Part shown: positions 12,373 to 25,240 of the stretch, in pieces | Position numbering within the stretch: the first letter of the stretch is position 1 | Layout of the letters: each line of letters starts with the position of its first letter | Assembly: GCA_051362555.1 (NCBI GenBank) | Contig: CM120642.1 | Location: forward strand, 2,728,001-2,792,000 | Direction: 5' to 3' | Length of the DNA: 64,000 bases | DNA from: Lingula anatina | Taxonomy: Eukaryota > Animalia > Brachiopoda | Program-made: the position numbers and the translations under genes | The notes under the pieces: generated by a model | The model's database searches: none | What the model was told of the DNA's origin: nothing | The model's input: only the letters and a program-made list of their open reading frames with translations

Positions 12373-14399
12373 CAGTCTTTAGTGAAATCGCCTTTCTGTA
12401 ATACAGTTATGTAGTCCCATTGATTCTTAATAACTTTACTCTTAATAGTTTTTGTGCATCCAATGCTGTAGGGCAATTGGCCTGAGGCGGCAAGGAAAGA
12501 ATAATGGTACCAGAAAGGTTACAATCACATGGTGGTTGTGGCTTTTGTATTTCTTTTCTGTCCTCCACATAAAGTACCAGTGTTACATTGTCAAAGGTGT
12601 AATGTGCTCTTTATTCCAATATTGCCCTATAACACATGATGGTCAGTCTTTATTTTGCTTACTCTTTAACTCATTCCCTCTGTTATTTTTCTGTATTGTC
12701 TACTGTGGCGGTCAATCTGACCTTTCAATCTTTATCAGTTGATTCACACTTCATTTGTGGCGATTTGAATGTCCAGGAAAGTGTGTCAGGTATAACTGAC
12801 TTGCTGGGTAGTAAAGGTGTAATAGATGTACTGGTATATAGGCATATTGGCATCAGTTTTGCTCTAGATTATTTACACACTGGTCAGACCTGCTTTGGCC
12901 ACCCACTCTGCCAGGATTGGAACTGTATGTATTATAATGCACCTTATCCATTGACAAAGATCTTGCTTGGAAGTCCAAGGTGTTTTTTATTTATTTATTT
13001 ATTTATTTATTTTAATATTATTATTATTTTGCCTTAGGGCACAGTTCCTTCAGTACTAGCACATGTGTGGTTTGCTATTTGTGCATGGAAAAGTTGTTTA
13101 AAATAGAAGTACCGTATGGTTGCAGAAGTGATTTTGCTTCCATTCGAGAGTTAATTATCACGAAACGTATCCTGCATATTGTTATTACTAGTGTTAGAAA
13201 TGCATTTTAACTTAATTTTTTTGCCACAAAGGCCACCAGATAGTTTCAAATAGTATAACCTAGATAAATACCAAAGGACATTGTTCCATATTACTCCAAA
13301 AATGATATTTGAACAGATTTTTCTGCCTTCTTTCTGTCCTTTATATAAACTGGGGCAGATAGGTAGCTAGGTCAGATAAATAGATCAAATTTATGACCAA
13401 AAATTTGAAGAAGGTGCAGTTTAAATGAACCTTTTATGGCTATGGAGTGATTAATCCAGTTTATCCTTAGGCACTTTGGATTTATCTTTGGGATTCAGCA
13501 AACATTTGTAAATGTGAACCTTTACAATCATAAGCAGTTGCAAGAAGGAAGATTAGATTCAGCTATTTAAGGGTTGGAAATCTTTTATTAAAGTTGTGAA
13601 GCGAGTGTAGATTCCCTGAGACACACACAATCGTGTAAACCACTGCTACTGTTTTTTATATGTCTCAAATAAAGATACCAAAAGATAAACCAAATTTATC
13701 ACTCAGTCAGCCAAAAAATAGCTTTTAATGACGCCTTTTTCAATTTCTGGTCGTAAGCTCAACCTCTTTATGTATCATTCCAGTTTGTAAAAATCTGCCA
13801 AATGATGTAGTAAATCATGTATGATGTATAACTGCTGTCAATGCTATGGATAAACTACTGACTGCTGGCGGATTTCCACAGTTAATTTTGGAGCTAAAAA
13901 TATTGTTGGCCCAGGCAGCCCCAAGGATCCCATGCCATACCGTATATTCTGACTATTTCATTAAATGGCAGTCTCATCCCTGTATAATACAACTTTTATA
14001 AATTAACTACATTTTTAGACATACTTACTTAATTACTTGAATTGGGTCAGCACATCCATCTGTCATTTTGATAAGTTGACTTTTTTATCCGTTCAAGCTT
14101 AACGTTCAGTCCGGTTCAGAAATTCCTCAAAGACAGACAATATTAGATTACTTAGTGATTAGATGCCCTTGTGAATAGATGTATGTGTGTGTCAATTCAA
14201 TAACCTTTTCAGCTGCTCTGTCAAAGCTTTCAGAAGTCGTAACAACAGATTGGGAAAGAAGTGATGGATATGTTAGTGTCATATCATTCCTATTACCAGA
14301 GGTTGTATTGCCTGGTATAGATGTAGAAAAGGATGGGAGATGGAAAAATATCTCCTGAATATAGGAGAGTGGGTCCTAAGAGAGCTGACTACATTTCAG

Positions 14400-14627
14400 T
14401 TCTCATTCCCAGTGAAACTTTCATTATATGTGGATGGGGACTCTCCCTGAATGCTGTTAAATTAACAGATTACCACGCCTCCAGTGTTGAGTAGAATACA
14501 GAAAAGTTAGTGATTATAGGAGTACATTGGGAAAAAAAGGAGGCGTGTTAATCTGTTCATCTGAGCGTGGATCCCCTGGGAATTGGATCGAGCTACATAG
14601 AATGATAGTTTCATGGGGAATAAGCCC
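14400..14627. mobile_element. Degenerate foldback MITE
   Basis: Inverted arms TTCCCAGTGAAACTTTCATTATATGT vs ACATAGAATGATAGTTTCATGGGGAA, and AACAGATTACCACGCCTCC vs GGAGGCGTGTTAATCTGTT. Right end GGGGAATAAGCCC|TTA. Confidence 0.55.
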
Positions 14628-15203
14628 TTAGTACCCACACAATCACCGTACGCAGTCTATCTATTTTGTTAAACCCTCGCTGTTATAATCTCCCTGCTAC
14701 TTGATTTTCTGTTGCATGTTTCAGATAACTTGACAGACTAATGTGACACAGAGGATCAATACACTGGGCAGTCATTTTTTTAACATGTTTCCTGGACATC
14801 CTAGTAATGAGGAAGAATTGGCAATGGGAAGCTTGAAGCAGACAGTTTGAGGTTCAGCGTTCTAAGCTGATTAATTGGGTGACAGTCAACCTACACTATA
14901 GGGCAACATAGCAGTGCTTGATTAGAAAACCACCATGAATTTATGTCCCTGCTAAAGGTTGAAATGGAAGGTTCCACAGATACCTAAGGTAACGGTGAGC
15001 CATTAATTAGGAGATATGTTTGTGTTCAGAGTTATGACTTTATATTCCATATTTTTAGGGGAAAATAGCAGTTTTCTTGAGGTTTAATTAAGAAATATGT
15101 GGTTGGTTTTAGCATTGGAGTGTTTCATATAGTTCTTATCGCAGTCAGGTACACTGGAAAATGTTTTCCTGTTGTGGTGGTTCTTCCACATTCCTGCCAC
15201 ATA

Positions 15204-15471
15204 GAGGCCATTCAGAATGAGAAGAGCTGAGTGCTAGCTGGGCCTCAACCTAAATATGGCGAACCTACATGAAAGGAAGACCGCTTTATCCTCTGATGGT
15301 CTCTCTCTGCCTCTCACATGGCTCCCTACGCATCGTCCCTCAACCGGTTAAATTGAGCCAATATTTAATTAAGTACTGTGCCCCTGCAGGGATGACGCGT
15401 GGGGAGGTGTGTGAGAGGTGGAGAGACCATGTCCTAGCTAGAACTCGGCTCTTCTCATTCTGAATGGTCCC
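15204..15471. mobile_element. MITE with ca. 35-bp TIRs, PIF/Harbinger-like termini
   Basis: GAGGCCATTCAGAATGAGAAGAGCTGAGTGCTAGCT ... AGCTAGAACTCGGCTCTTCTCATTCTGAATGGTCCC. Confidence 0.8.
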
Positions 15472-16108
15472 TGACATTTCTGCCACATATAAGCCTAGCT
15501 ACCACAGCATTTCCTTGATACACTATCTCACTAGATCATAACTAAGTAATATATTGTCACAGCATGACAGAGATTCTCAGAGGTCTCCTGGAATATAAGT
15601 GATTTCTGCTTTCACAGCTGTGCCTAGTGATTGGTTGTAGTGTAGGTTCTGTCAATTCCATGCAGTAAATAAGTAACCATTTGATAAGCCTGGACAGCAT
15701 TCATGTAGTTGCTATAATCCAGGATCCTAGGTATGTGTATATATATCTTAATACAAATGTTGGGTCTGAGATGTTATTTAGAATCGTTCAATTCACTGGC
15801 AGTATATGTATTTATTGCATGTGTTTAGATAAATATTGTCAGTGGGGTTGATAAAACTGCATAGAACTTTAGTTTTGTGCTGTTACTGGTTACTAGTACA
15901 TGTACTAGTATGAGTTTGAAAAAATCACAGTTTGTTTTCTTTTATCATATCTGTAATCCCATTTTCTTCCTTTCAGGCAGAGTACCATATACGAAAAGAT
16001 GTAGAAGTTGCACCAAAACCTCTTAAATGCTTGAGAAATGTTTCAGATGAAGAATTCTGCCTGTTACTAGATACAAGCTAATCGAGGGGGAAAAGGTTTC
16101 ATCAGACC

Positions 16109-19100
16109 ATGGGCTGTGGACCCTCAAAATCTGGAGAATCAGATATGGGAAAATCTGAAAAATGTGAGTAATTGGTTATTTTACATTATTGACCACTTTA
16201 CCTGTATCAGGCTATCCCCCCCCCCCCCCACACACACACACACACACCCAGCACAATCCCCAGGGGAGTGCCTCTTGCTCAATCCCCTACCGTTCAAACA
16301 ACTCCCTCTGCATCAAACTATTTCCCACCCAAAGCTATTTTGATATTTGGATCCACACTTTTCTGAACAGTTTCGTATAGATCTCATCTAGACATCTTCA
16401 CTGCTTATTGGTGATGTTATTCTGACTTAAAATTGGTTCACATGTTAGTCATTTTAAGGTTTATTATACTTTCTAGTGGCAAGTATGATGCTGATCGAAG
16501 AAAATTAATTTTTTAGAGATGCATCAACCATGCTGATTTTCATTCTAAAAGGGTTAAGTACAGTAGATTGAAGAAAACTGATTGATTTTGTTTCTCAGTG
16601 ATTTACCAGACACTTACTTTTACAGTAAAACACAAAGGGTCATATGGGAAAAAAATTCAAGAATTACTGTCTGTCAAAAAAGAAGACAAAAAATAGATTG
16701 ACTTATTATTTAATATTTTCATGAATAACCAGATATGCTGAGGGATAGAAGTTAAGTTGAAATGAGATTGAAGTATGATTTGATTCAATTTGTTTAAATT
16801 ACCTCTCACACATGGTGACGCCTGTGTGAATGAAAAAGTTCAGAGCAGCTGCAGCCTGCAGTAATGACATACTATTAAATGAAAGAAGATTGTTTTGATT
16901 ATTTTCCTCATTGACTTATCACAAATGACATTGTGCAATCTAAAATTGCACAATTTTAGAAAATCCATTTCAAGAAATCACGAAATGTTGTGGATATAAT
17001 TGATTTTTTTGTATGATTTATCAGGCATGCAGAATTTCATAAGGTTATGCAATTAAGAAGAATTACTTAGGGAAATAAGTCAGATGATGAATTTCTTTAA
17101 GTGATTGATTGTGCAGATCTGCAGCTGCTGTTCATGATTTGGAATCCTACATATTTCTGGCACTATAAAATAAGCCGATAAATAGAATAGCATAATAAGG
17201 GATGTCAGTTGAAGGCACATGTATCTGCCATGTGTGCTTGAGTACATACATACACGTACATGTGCCCTTTTTGCATTTACCTCGAGTATGCTATTTGATA
17301 ACAAGTTCAGTTAATATTATTGGTTATTTTCCCGTTCAAATCTATTCCTTTTCTTGCATTCTATCTGTTTTCTGATACTCGTGCAAGTATTTCTATTCAT
17401 AGTGAAAGAAAAATAAAGAATGATAAAAAAGCCTCTCATATATTACTGGAAACTACATGATTGATTGTGAGTTAAACAAACTATCTGTGATCCGTCAATT
17501 ATTTCTGTCCTGATAGTAAAATAACCTAGTAGTATTCTAGCACTCAGTCTGGCCATGTCAGTTGTGTTGATGGTTTCATGATGAGTTCTTGCTCAGTACA
17601 TTTCTGAGATTGGATTTTTTCAATATCCATGCCCTTCATTTCCTTTTTTTCACTCGCTGCCAATCTTATTTCTTTACGTTGGGGCTTGTGAATGAATTTA
17701 AATGAATTTAAATTAATTGCTTTTGTGTGCCGGGGGAGAGGGGATACTGTAACTGAAACTCAAATATGAGCAATAGACAGAAATAGCCACTGTTACCTTT
17801 AGTGTAATCAAGACAGTTATAATTGCTTCTAGTGTTGAGCTTTGTCCATGAGATCAAGATGTTTTTCCAATCTCTTTCTTCATGATTGAACTGACAGAGA
17901 TTCCTCCAGCAGGCATTAGCGCAAGCAGTGTTCAGTAGTTTAATAAGATATCTGCAGTGGTTATCATGACACACGCATGGATGGCTAGATCATGCCAGGC
18001 CTTCAGCATGCAATTTCAACGAAAGGTTATTTTTCTGAAAAAGTGGATCTTTCTCCCCCTTAAGTTGATCCATGAGAAGTAGTGTAAATCTAAATCAAAT
18101 TTTGATTAATACCAAACCTTTTATGGCCAAAATGGGGGAGGTGCGTGTGTGTGTGTGTGTATGTGTGTGTGTGCGTGCATGGGAATGAGTGCGTTTATGT
18201 GTGAAGGTGGGGCCAGTGCTCTTTACATGCAGATCTTGGATCAATGTTTTCTTACTTGCAGTGATGAAGGCGGCCCTGCTGATACAGAAATGGTACCGCC
18301 GCTACTCTGCACGCCTTGAAGCACGTAGAATTTCTGCATGGAAGATTTATCAGTCTATTGAATATGCAGGAGAGCAAGATCAACTGAAGGTAAAAAATAT
18401 ATATGTGGCGTGAGGTGCATGTTATACATTTTGTATATATGAGAAGTGTGGATTTATACCTAAGGCTTAATATATTCCTAATAGACAGTAACTGAGTTGA
18501 ATATAAAGGAATAAAAGGAACACATATAGAGAACTGTTTCCAGATACAACTCTAGCTATTATTTATATTTTGATTAACTTAAAGGTGATATTTTTCTCTC
18601 ATCAGACTCTATCTGTTATTTATTTTTTAATATGACGATATTTTTTTCTCTCACCTATCACTTAGCTATACAACTTCTTCAACAACATGCTGGCTTTCCT
18701 GCCTCCAGACCAGAACTCTAACCAGCACTTGTCCAGTGTGATCACAGCTAGATTTACAGCAGGAGGTGAGTATACACATGCAATATGGTAATGACTCGAT
18801 CTTTTCACTAGGCAAAAATTATCAAACTTTAAGATACATCATTTTAAAACTGTAAATATTATATTTTTGTATAGCATATGTAGTGCTTTTAATGCATAGA
18901 ATACAACTATCAGTTAGTCTGCTTTTAAATTTTGTTGCTACCACTCAGTAAGATTGCTTTTATTTCAAGAAATAAATACTTAAAAAATACAGTATCTGTA
19001 AAATTCACAGTTTCCCCCATTGAAAAAATAGTAATTACCATTTTCTCCCAGGTGAAGATAATCATTTGGTCTCTATTCTCATCATAAATGCAATGAGAGA

Positions 19101-22100
19101 TGTATCGTATGTGGGGACCATTCCCAGACCCTGTCATACTAACTGTGGGTGACCAGGGTCGATCCATCTCCAAGGGGTTTCCTGCTAAATTACTTTTAGC
19201 TTAAGTGGCTTAGATGTCTGTCATGCCTACTGAAGCCGATAAGGGGTAATTAATTATCCTTTTGCAGCTTCAGTAGGCGTGCCAAATATCTTAGCTGATT
19301 AAGCTGAAAACAATTTAGAGAGAAAACCCTTGGGGATGGATTGATCATGTTAGATCCATCTAGTATGAAAACCAAGTCTTGGTCTTCATTGCATGCTCCT
19401 CAGAACTCTTTATTCTCTTGATCCACCTTTTCCAGAAAATGACGTCTGAACCTCAGGGTTTCCTTTAAATGGACTTGACTAAAATTCTGTCCTCAGTATT
19501 GACCTCAAAATGCCTGCCATTCTGATAGCAGCCGTGTGCACTACCATGCGTCACCCTATTAATTAAGTGAAAGACTAGAGAAGAATATCTGACAGTTTTG
19601 AGAACTGCTGAATACAAAATGCAAGATATACGTCTGTGGCATGTTAAAGAATATAACTCATTTCTCAAATGAATTCCATTATCCCTTCATTTCAGTGTTC
19701 AAATTTGTGGCCAGCATATTGATACAAATTAAAAAAGCACTTGTCAATCCTTTGAAATGGAAGTGTGGTCCCTTGGGGTGTATAGTGTGGTGACAGGCAA
19801 ACACAAAGGGATTGTATTTTTGCTGAAAGGAAAGGATTAATGAATGCTCATTATTTGTCTCCATTTTTTCATTAGACAATAATTTTGTAAGCGGCAGTCA
19901 TGTGTCAGACACTTGTTTCCAGCTTGACATCTTGAAATGATTATTTTGTACGTAATTGATTTAAAGCAGACTTGTGTGTCAAATTAACCTTTGTTTTCCT
20001 AGGAATTGATTTACTGATAACTGACACAGTGTATGTATGCTTCTGAATAAAAAGAGAGACTTTTTCTGTTTAGCCCAGAGGTAACTCAATCAGATTAAGT
20101 ATGGAGAAGAGGAAATTTGTTTATGACCGAGATAAATGTTGACGGATATCTTTTCTTTGATAATATTGGACTGCAGTTGTGATCTTACAATCTGGTCAAG
20201 TAATTTCCTGTGGAATTTCCCTTGCATTTGTCACTCTGAAATAGGCACTTAGAAATTGAAATGCTGTCCAATAATGCCATCTTCAAACCCCATTTGTCTA
20301 CCAGCTAAGAGACAGTTCAGTTCTATAGATTTGTCAAAACTGGCACCATTCCAGTCCTTCAAAAAATGCTGTGTGTATTTTTTATTATTTCTTGATCATT
20401 TATCACTATTTTGTTGTATGTAGTTGAAGTTAATGTTTTTATATGGACATGCATGTAATTAATGATTATTTTAAAAGAAAAAAATAATTGTTGCAGTATG
20501 TTATTAGTATCTTCTTTCTGCAAGTGTCCTAATCCCAAATTTCCTGTGCATAGCTTTCATTGTGTTTGTGTGTGTGTGTGTGTGTGTATGTGTGTGTGTG
20601 TGCGTGCATGTGTTTGCCATAGTTTGGGTGTCATTCAGCTCATGTTTAAATTACAAGTGTTTCATATGTTTGCAGCATTCAATCATTTTTAATGCATTAA
20701 TTTTTTTATCATCCTATCATTGAAATTGGTTTCTCTTTCATGAGGCACAGCAGTTACTAGAACTGAGTCAGAACAGGAGCTTCTGAAGCACACAGATTAC
20801 ACCACTATTCGTGTGACCTCCTCCTATAAAGGTCCCAGATTGACATTTCCTCTCTCCAGGTACCAACTCACAACATTGGTGGAAGGATTCAAGAGAGGGA
20901 AGGTGAGTATGTTAATAAAGAAGTGAGGTTTTTATATCAGTCATGATTTGCTATTACAGGTACTAAAGGTGGTAAGCAGATACTGATTTGAGCCATTCCT
21001 GTTTATGTCATGTACATAGTTCAAATATAAAAATATTAACTGACATTTTGTTTGATAAAGCCAAAACAAATCTTGTATTACCTGAATACAGGAAAAACAC
21101 ATTTTGTCTCTTGAGTAAGACTGGTTTTTGTATCATCTTTGAGTAAGAGGCAATGAAAAACCCATAATATAACCGTAATAAAATGAAAAATTGTTTACAT
21201 TACAGTACAAAATTAATGTAGATGATATTGTCAAACTGATGATTAATGCTATCTTTGTAGAGATGGAGGAAATGAAAGAGTGGGGAAGTAATTATTTCAT
21301 CTTGCAACTGAATTATTAACTGTCTGTTTCCCCTGTAGACTCTACATGCCAGATTTCTGCTAGAGCTGTTACACAACACAAGACAATTGTTAAAAACAAA
21401 GGCTAATGTCAACGTAGTAAACCTGAACATCACGAAGCAGCTGACAATATGTGGAGATCTCCATGGAAAGATTGATGATTTGTTTACTATTTTCTACAAG
21501 GTGATTGATGGGAGGTTATTTTGTTTTAAGTTTGCCTTTTGAGGGAATTTATCAAGCAGACATTGATAATTTAATTAAGACCTTAGGCTACAAGCATGTT
21601 TCCAAATTAAAAATGATAATCAGTGTTATTCAAACATCCAATTTAAAAATTACTTTTTTTTTTTTTTTGAAAGGGTATATCCTGGAATATGGAGAATAGA
21701 TTGTTCTTTTATCATATTTTATGTTCTCCAAGTATTGCATACATAGAATAAACACTTTTCATGTGACTGAGTATCATATTGCAGTTCACTTCTTTCAGAA
21801 TGGCCTTCCTGGCCCAGATAATCCGTACATATTCAACGGAGATTTTGTGGACCGGGGCAACCACTCCGTGGAGGTAGCTGCTCTGTTGTTTGCCTGTCTC
21901 CTACTTTTTCCTAATGATGTCCACATCAACCGAGGGAACCACGAGGACAGCGTCATGAACATGAGGTCTTTTTATGTTATTTTATTTTGTACTTATTTCA
22001 GTTTTGAATTTTTGTTATTTTATCATGAGTTATTGGAAGTCACAATCCCTTTATTAGTATAATTTTATGTTGTTATGATATGTATGGCATTCATGTAGGC

Positions 22101-25100
22101 ATGTATATTACTTCTGTTGTTGCAATTTTACATACTTTTTAGTAACAGTTATATGTAAACTTTTTAATACTGTCATACTTATTTAACCTCTTCACCCCAT
22201 GAGGACATAGGGTGACAGTCTAAACCCACTACTGAACACTGCCTCTTGTTTTTGCTCATGCTTCACTCCAAGAGAAGCTCTGAACTTTAAATATTATTAT
22301 TGTTCTTAAGCTAATAAGTGATGTTAAAAGGCGTCTACCTGATCCTTGACTCTGAGTTCACATCACAATGTAGATATTTGTCTTTTTTTATTTCCAGATA
22401 TGGTTTTATGAAAGAGGTGCTCAACAAATATAAAGACCATGGAACGAAAGTCTTCACATTGTTTGAGGAGGTTTTCAGTTGGCTTCCCCTCGCCACCATG
22501 ATTGACAAGAAGATATTTGTTGTTCATGGAGGAATTTCAGACAATACTACTTTATTCTCCCTGGAAACCTTAGACAGACACAAGGTAATCTGAAATACGT
22601 GTAGCAGTACATTTTAACCAAGCAACACTTTGAACCAAATCCTTAGAATTCACTTCTAAATGTTCGCTCACAATAAAAAACAAAAATAAGGCCCAAATTA
22701 GAACCTGTGACAAAAATTGCTCATATAAAGCCCAAGGTTTTCTGTAGGATCCAAATGGGTAAAAATTGGGGTGGGGTCATGGGTCCATGTGGATCACATA
22801 TGATTCTTGAAAATCTAAGTGCCAAACTGGACACATACATGTACCATAAGTGCAGTCAAGGTTAATGCACCCAATTTGGCTGATGTGGTACCCATGGCTG
22901 CCCAATGTACCAGTAGTCCAGTGGCCCTCCCTGATGCCACTTCAGTCTTTCCTTACATCAGGACCCTCTTTCATCAACACTGGATAGCGCTTTCCAATGG
23001 ATAACATTATCCACTGCTCAAAGATCTTACCACTGCTTAGATTGTCTTAACAGGATTGATCCATCTCCAAGGGGTTTCTCACAAAATTGTTTTAAGCTTA
23101 AGCAGTTTAGATGTCTGGCACTAAATGATAATTTCCCCCTAGCAGTTTTAGTAGAGGTGACAGACGTCTAAGCTGCTTAAGTTGATTGCAATTTAGCAAG
23201 AATCCCCTCAGAGTTAGATCGATCCACAGTCAGTATGATAGGGTCTGGGAATCGTCCCTAAATATTTCATCAAGTGGGTAGTGTTATCCATTTTATCATC
23301 AATGATTGAGAAACTTGACTATGTAGTGCAGTCTGTTATTATATTATATCTGTTACATTCTTTATTCATTTTCTAGTATATCTCTGTGCTCAAGCCACCT
23401 TACCAGATAGAGGGAGGCAATTCAGAGGCTAACGACTCAGGAAAACCAAAGATGTCAGAAATTATAGAATGGAAGCAGGTAAAAGTGGCTATGTTGCTGG
23501 GCATTCCTGTGCAAAACAACTACCCATTGAATGCAACTTTTGACCAGGGCTGGTCAAGCCTAAGGGTGCCCACAGGCCTTGGTAAAATTTTCAAAACAGA
23601 TTTCTAAAAAGATTTTTCCTTTGAGATATAAGCACAAGCTACATGTACCTAATATACCTAGGACAGTTCAGTATCTGCAACAAAAATCCTATAAAGTGTC
23701 CATTGAAGTGATTGGCTACATGTGATACATTGTAACAATTTTTGATCGTGAGATATTTTTTGAATGAACATCATAATTATCGATAACAGTATTTTAAATT
23801 CCAGACAGTGGATTTTTTTGTATTGAAGTACAACAGTAGACTATAGCATCAGTCATTGGTGATAAATTTGCACCTCAGTTAGTTTAGCATCATTTTTAAT
23901 GATGAAAAGAAACATATGCCAGCCTTGTTGCCTTGGAAACTTAAAAACTATTTCATATTTCTAGGTTTTGGACATTTTGTGGAGTGACCCAAAGACGCAG
24001 CTAGGTTGCTCACCCAATTCCTTCCGCGGGGGAGGGTGTTACTTTGGTGCTGATGTCACAGACAAGTTTCTGCGCAGTAACAACTTGAAGCTGATCATAC
24101 GATCTCATGAATGTAAACGTGATGGGTATGAATACACACATTATAAACAGGTGATTGAATGTTGAATAGGAGTTTCATATATAGTGAGACTCTGGTTGTG
24201 ATTGGTCTAAAAGACTTGAGGAAATTCATAAGTATGGTACTGTTATAAATCCATGATATTTTGTTGTTTGGCATACTTTATCACAGACAGTGCTGGCAAT
24301 TTTCCTTGTCAAACTTTCAACTGATTAGTGAACATAATAATAAGATAATTTTGTGCATGGTTACACCTGCACTTACCTGTTTAGTAGAGTTCCTGAGGAA
24401 GACTGACAGCGTTAAATATGCCTTTTCTGACTTAAAATGGCTTTTATGTATGGTTTTTGAAGTACTGGTTTACTGTTTTATTGTTTTAATTATTAAGTAA
24501 GAGTAGAGTTGCAGTTTTCCAGTTAACAAGTAGAACATTGACATGTGCAAGATGCATTTAGGATTTCTAATAAAGTGCAAAATCCTTCTTTACATATTTA
24601 TTTATTTATTTATTTATTTATTTATGTCTCAGGTGCTAACAATCTTCTCTGCCTCCAACTATTACGAAGAGGGCAGCAACAAAGGAGCATACATCAAACT
24701 GGGCCAGGATCATAAACCAGAGTTTGTACAGTATATGACAACAAAAGCCAGCAGGGGCAGGAATATTTCCATCAGACAAAGGCAAGCCTAAGTTAGAGCT
24801 TTGAGCTTTATATAATAAAAAATAATTGCATTAGTACAGTGCATGACAGCAAGAGCTAGCAAAGGCAGAAATATTTCAATCAGACAAAGACAAATCACAG
24901 AGCTTTGAGCTTAATGTAATATAATTTAATATAATACAACATGTCATTGAGTGCATTTTGAATTGCATAGTATATCTAACACATTGTAGGTGTTACTGAA
25001 GTATCATGTGTAAAGATTACACTAAAGGAAATCTGGTTAATTGTAACCATATGTAGGATTCATAGAAAATACACACATTAAATGTATTTGCAAGTTTTTG

Positions 25101-25201
25101 TGTAAGATAGTAAAGTGGCCATGATAGTAGCCAGGATTGCAACAGATGTGAAGTGCACAACAGCCACAACATAATCCTTCTTTTATTTGCATGGTGTGCA
25201 C

Positions 25202-25240
<39 letters not shown>

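Noticed and set aside
12452-13037. 96- and 133-aa plus-strand ORFs between GT92 and PPEF
   Set aside because: No recognisable motifs or exon structure; the longer one ends in an (ATTT)n-derived FIYL tract.
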